Shown: positions 60,201 through 64,000 of the stretch, one piece after another
Layout of the letters: every line of letters begins with the position of its first letter
Position numbering within the stretch: position 1 is the first letter of the stretch
Source of the DNA: Yuukianura sp. NJ FZ-2021
Lineage: Eukaryota
NCBI GenBank assembly: GCA_046563655.1
Contig: CM102285.1
Location: 5,084,001 to 5,148,000, forward strand
Length of the DNA: 64,000 nt
Reading direction: 5' to 3'
Notes under the pieces: generated by a model
Told to the model about the DNA's origin: nothing
Seen by the model: only the letters and a program-made list of their open reading frames with translations
Database searches by the model: none
Translations under genes and position numbers: made by a program

Positions 60201-62047
60201 GTCTTGAAATACAAGTTTAATTTTGCCTTCTTTTTTTTTTGTTGAAAACAGGACCATTTGTCATATTTTCAATTCATCGGACGTATTCTTGGTCTCGCCA
60301 TTTTCCACTCGATTCAGATAAAAGCTTCCTTCACAATTCTGTTCTACAAGATGCTACTAAACGAGGACGTTTCGCTGGAGGATATTTGCAGTGTCGATGA
60401 GCAGATTTACTCCAGTTTAAAATGGATCATGTAAGAATATTACGAACAGTATCCAACATAATACTTATTTTGGTTGGCGAGACTAAATGGAAGTTATTAA
60501 GAGATACTTGACTGGTGCTTCTAATCATTGTTTCTGAGCAGTGGAAATTGATTGCCCTACATTTGTCATACAGGGTAAGCCCAGATTAATAACAACAAAA
60601 TTTTTTGCTCTCAACCCAGCCCCCTGGCCCCTGCAATCAGCACCATTAGCAACCAACGCAATTTTTTGTTTGTGACGTCACCAGCTGAAAAAATACCGTA
60701 ATCGCGATATTTTAACCCGCTGGCATCTATGTAAACAAAATGCGGTTTGCGGGTTTCTATAGGACACCATCATTAATACGCAGAATTCCGGTGTTTTTCA
60801 GCGGGTGACGTCATTTTTTTTTCCACATGGCAACCAAACAAACTTTCTATCCGCACTACCTAGTAGTATTCTATTTACCTTGCTCTCAGTCTCAACCCAG
60901 TTTTTAACATTGCGAGAGATTGAGAGGAAATGAGTTTTTCTCCCATTCTCTCATATGTTATCGCCACCTCCGCAAACCCCAATCTCTTCCTGTGTTGAAA
61001 ATATGGGTTTCTTGAGTTTGTGGTTATTAATCTTGGCCTACCCTGTAGATAAATTGAATGTCGTAAGAAAAACTGTAGTATCAGCTTAGAATAACTATAA
61101 ACTTATTTTTCCATTGAAGTTCTCCAGTTTGAGAGGAGATACTAGGCGCTTAGGTTTCGAGTGCATTTACAAATTTTAGTTATGTACTATGTACTTACTT
61201 ATCTACGAAATTTGATGGTTGGTCTATTATAGTAGGATTGTTAAAGTACCTAATACCAAATTAGCGTTCCAGCAACTCCAAAACTTGAACGGACTCATTT
61301 TTTTTTCTTCATTTCAGTTCCTCTGATTTGAATTCCGATCCAATCGATACAACTTTTTCTCTGACGACCAGTACATTTGGAGAAATCAAATCCGTAGATT
61401 TGGTACCGAACGGATCCTGCATCCAAGTAACAGAAGAAAACAAAAATCAGTACGTGAAAGTGTTTCTCAACCACCGCTTTAAAGCTGGAATCGAAGTTCA
61501 GTTCTTAAGTCTGCAGAAAGGATTCAATGAGGTGGTTCCGCATGCGGTATTAAATGGCTGGTCAGGAGAAGAGTTAGAACAAATTTTACGCGGTAGGGAT
61601 TACATCAACATCCAAGAGTGGAAGAAATGGACCAAATGCAAGGTTAGCATGCAATTTTCTTTTATTTTTGTCTTCAAATGTTTTTTAGAGGTTTCATTGA
61701 GGCGTAATATATGTTATTTTTTTTAGAATTGCTCAATCAATGATCCAATTCCCACATGGTTCTTTTCTATTGCAAGTGGTTATACTCAACGTGAGCTCCG
61801 TCAACTTCTCAAATTTATTACGGGCTCCAGTCGCCTTCCAATTCAAGGATTTTCGTCTCTTCAAGGCACTACGAAGAGTAACAAGCCTTTTACAATTCAT
61901 GTAGTAGATACGCTCTGCACTGATGCACTGCCAAAAGCTCATACATGCTTCAACAGGTTGGACGTACCGAAATATGAATCAATGGAGAAGTTTGCAAGTA
62001 AGCTCCGTTTAGCTGTGGATGAAACTGAGGGTTTCGGAGTTGAATAA
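57282..62047 (+). CDS. SMURF: Smurf-type E3 ubiquitin ligase (C2, two WW domains, HECT), multi-exon
   Basis: [130 protein letters not shown], ending ETEGFGVE. Confidence 0.95.
58376..58942. mobile_element. MITE in a Smurf intron
   Basis: Terminal inverted repeat CAGCTGCTAA(C/T)TGA flanked by AATT on both sides. Confidence 0.65.
60571..61045. mobile_element. Tc1/mariner-type MITE in a Smurf intron, containing a nested element
   Basis: TIR CAGGGTA(A/G)GCC(C/A)AGATTAATAAC with TA TSD. Confidence 0.8.
60617..60882. mobile_element. Copy 2 (inverted) of the 9-bp-TSD element at 2028-2286
   Basis: Reverse-complement match along its length. Flanks CTCTCAACC and CTCTCAGTC match at 7 of 9. Confidence 0.8.
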
Positions 62048-62669
62048 TGCTCACAAGCTCATGCCTTACCTAACTCTATCATATATTTTCAAAACTAAAG
62101 GTGTTTTATCATTAACGAATCTAAGCTTAATGTAGGAGATATCGGAGTTCGAGATTTTGTTATCGACAAATGCTATCCGAGGGGGGTAAACCACTTCAAT
62201 TTATCGAAACGTTTTTATAGATCAAAAATATATCAGCCGCAATATTCATAGTCCTGTTTTACGTAATTGAAAACTGTTCAATTTTCCTTTTATATTTTGA
62301 GGTTTTCTGGTGTCTGTGCACTATTTTTTACACCCTAACAACACCCCAGATCATAAAAATTCGTGCTGTATGAATTGCATAATTTTTTTTAAATATCGAA
62401 AATTGTATTTGCATTCGAATGTTCAAAAGTAATTCGCTGAAAAGTTCTGTACGCTTTCCTTGTTCTAGACAAAAACATCCAGAATAATAAATGGCTTAAC
62501 TCGCAAAAATTTTGTTGTATGTTACTACTTTGTTGGTAGTACATCTGAGAAAAAAAATTGACAATAATTGTACCCACGACAAAATTTATTCGAGATTTGA
62601 GAAACCGAATTTCGATGAGTGCAGTCTGTATCTTATCGGCTTTGACGGTTATGGCATATTAAGCGCTAT

Positions 62670-62861
62670 ACAATGAGGCGCATGAAATTCTGCACATCTC
62701 AAAAGTAGCTTTTTGCTTATTCATTTTGTAAAAAATCCGAAATGAAAGCTTTGCATCAGATTCAAAGTTTTCAACGAAAAAGTTACGTCTCCCCCTTCAC
62801 ACTTTTAGTTGTTACCAGGAAAACAAATTTCGTGTGTGCAGGTTTTAATGCGCCTCACTAC
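62670..62861. mobile_element. Small MITE
   Basis: Imperfect inverted ends TGAGGCGCAT.AAA..CTGCACA / TGTGCAG..TTT.ATGCGCCTCA. Confidence 0.5.
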
Positions 62862-64000
62862 ACTTTCAATTATAACTTTACCAAGTTAGATTCACTAAGC
62901 TTTTTAACTTTGGTTTTCTAACTTTATAAATTCACTCGCGTCTTCCGTGTTTTATTCTATCACTAATTACATGTCAACGAACTCAATTGACACAAAATCA
63001 GTTTTGCCTTCCAACATGGTTGTAAAATAGACCAATATTTTCGGAAATTTGTAGCCATCAAGAACGTTCCCGAGTCGGGAATCCCGATAGCGTGAGTACG
63101 GGACATAGAAGCGGCGGTATTCTCACTTTACCGGATCGGAGGGGATTGCCTTGCTCTTTTATGTTTATATATTTATTTAAGTACTATCGTTGAATTAAAT
63201 CTGCTTTTAGGTAAATGCAGAGAATCTTCAAAATGCAGCACTTCTCGTCTTGAATCTGTTTTTCCTATAGAGTTGAATTTATTATCGGCGATATTTGCCA
63301 TTGTCACATAGAGGTTTCATTGACCTTTGGCCTTTCAAATGGATTTGGACCAAATCCGCCGAATGGTCCTTCAAACAGATCACCACCTGAAAGTCAATGG
63401 TTAGTGGTTTACGAAGGTTCATCAAACGGTTTTGCATTTTTTAGTAGTTTTACCGTTAAGGGGGCCGCCGTACCAAAAAGGATTGTAATAAGACTTCATG
63501 TAGTAGTACTGCAATGGATTAGTAAAACCAATGAAGTGGCGCTGAATCTGGGCTGTAGGAGTATAGAAAGCCCTAGTCATTCCTGTTGCATGCATAGGAT
63601 GTTTCAACGATATCTGTTGGATAATTTAATTAGAATCAAGTCTTATGTTAGAAACTGGCACAAATTCCTTAAATGTTTTCTAAAAATTGGCGAAATTCTT
63701 GAACATTAAATTTTATGGGCATGGTAACTAAATATTTCTGGCACGTTTGGAAATTAGACGCGCGCTTGAAATTAAAGCCACTTTAGTATGGCCAGCATTA
63801 TGTTATGAATCGTGTCTAACGAAGTTTTTTTTTAAATTTGAACGCAAGCTTTAAATACCTTTAAAGGTAATTCGTAATCGTAATTGATAGAGTCTTACCT
63901 GTGTGCTCATGAGTAGTAACGCTGCAGCCGTTGTCCCGAATCTGATTAATAGACTCATAATTTCGGTATTAGAAATGTTTATAGCAAAGGCCTGAAACGC

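Noticed and set aside
63320..63709. Overlapping short ORFs near the window end
   Set aside because: No recognisable motifs and frames break quickly; cannot support a gene call.

Overview
Eukaryotic, intron-rich, AT-rich genomic DNA. Short GT-AG introns and (TTAGG)n tracts suggest a small arthropod (inference). Host genes flank a roughly 33 kb island of mobile DNA. Left flank: a divergent ionotropic-receptor-like ORF, a decayed carboxylesterase, an internally deleted Tc1/mariner element, SMG7, CDC27 and MRPL39. Right flank: a Smurf-type C2-WW-HECT ligase. The island (about 23.3-56.4 kb) holds nested DNA transposons, a tRNA-derived SINE, BEL/Pao pieces apparently split by an inversion, a LINE carrying an opposite-strand L1/Tx1-like insert, and an F-box/LRR gene. 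Its most interesting part is a 39.7-53.6 kb cluster of mostly spliced genes: a RecQ-like helicase and a DUF6589/AcademH-like transposase with a PHD remnant, bracketing a Polinton-type protein-primed DNA polymerase B that sits head-to-head with a PC4-like ssDNA-binding gene, plus orphan secreted and basic proteins. This could be the relic of a large self-synthesizing composite transposon, or juxtaposed debris; the window alone cannot decide. All family calls come from motif recognition by eye, with no database searches. Exon and element boundaries were read manually.
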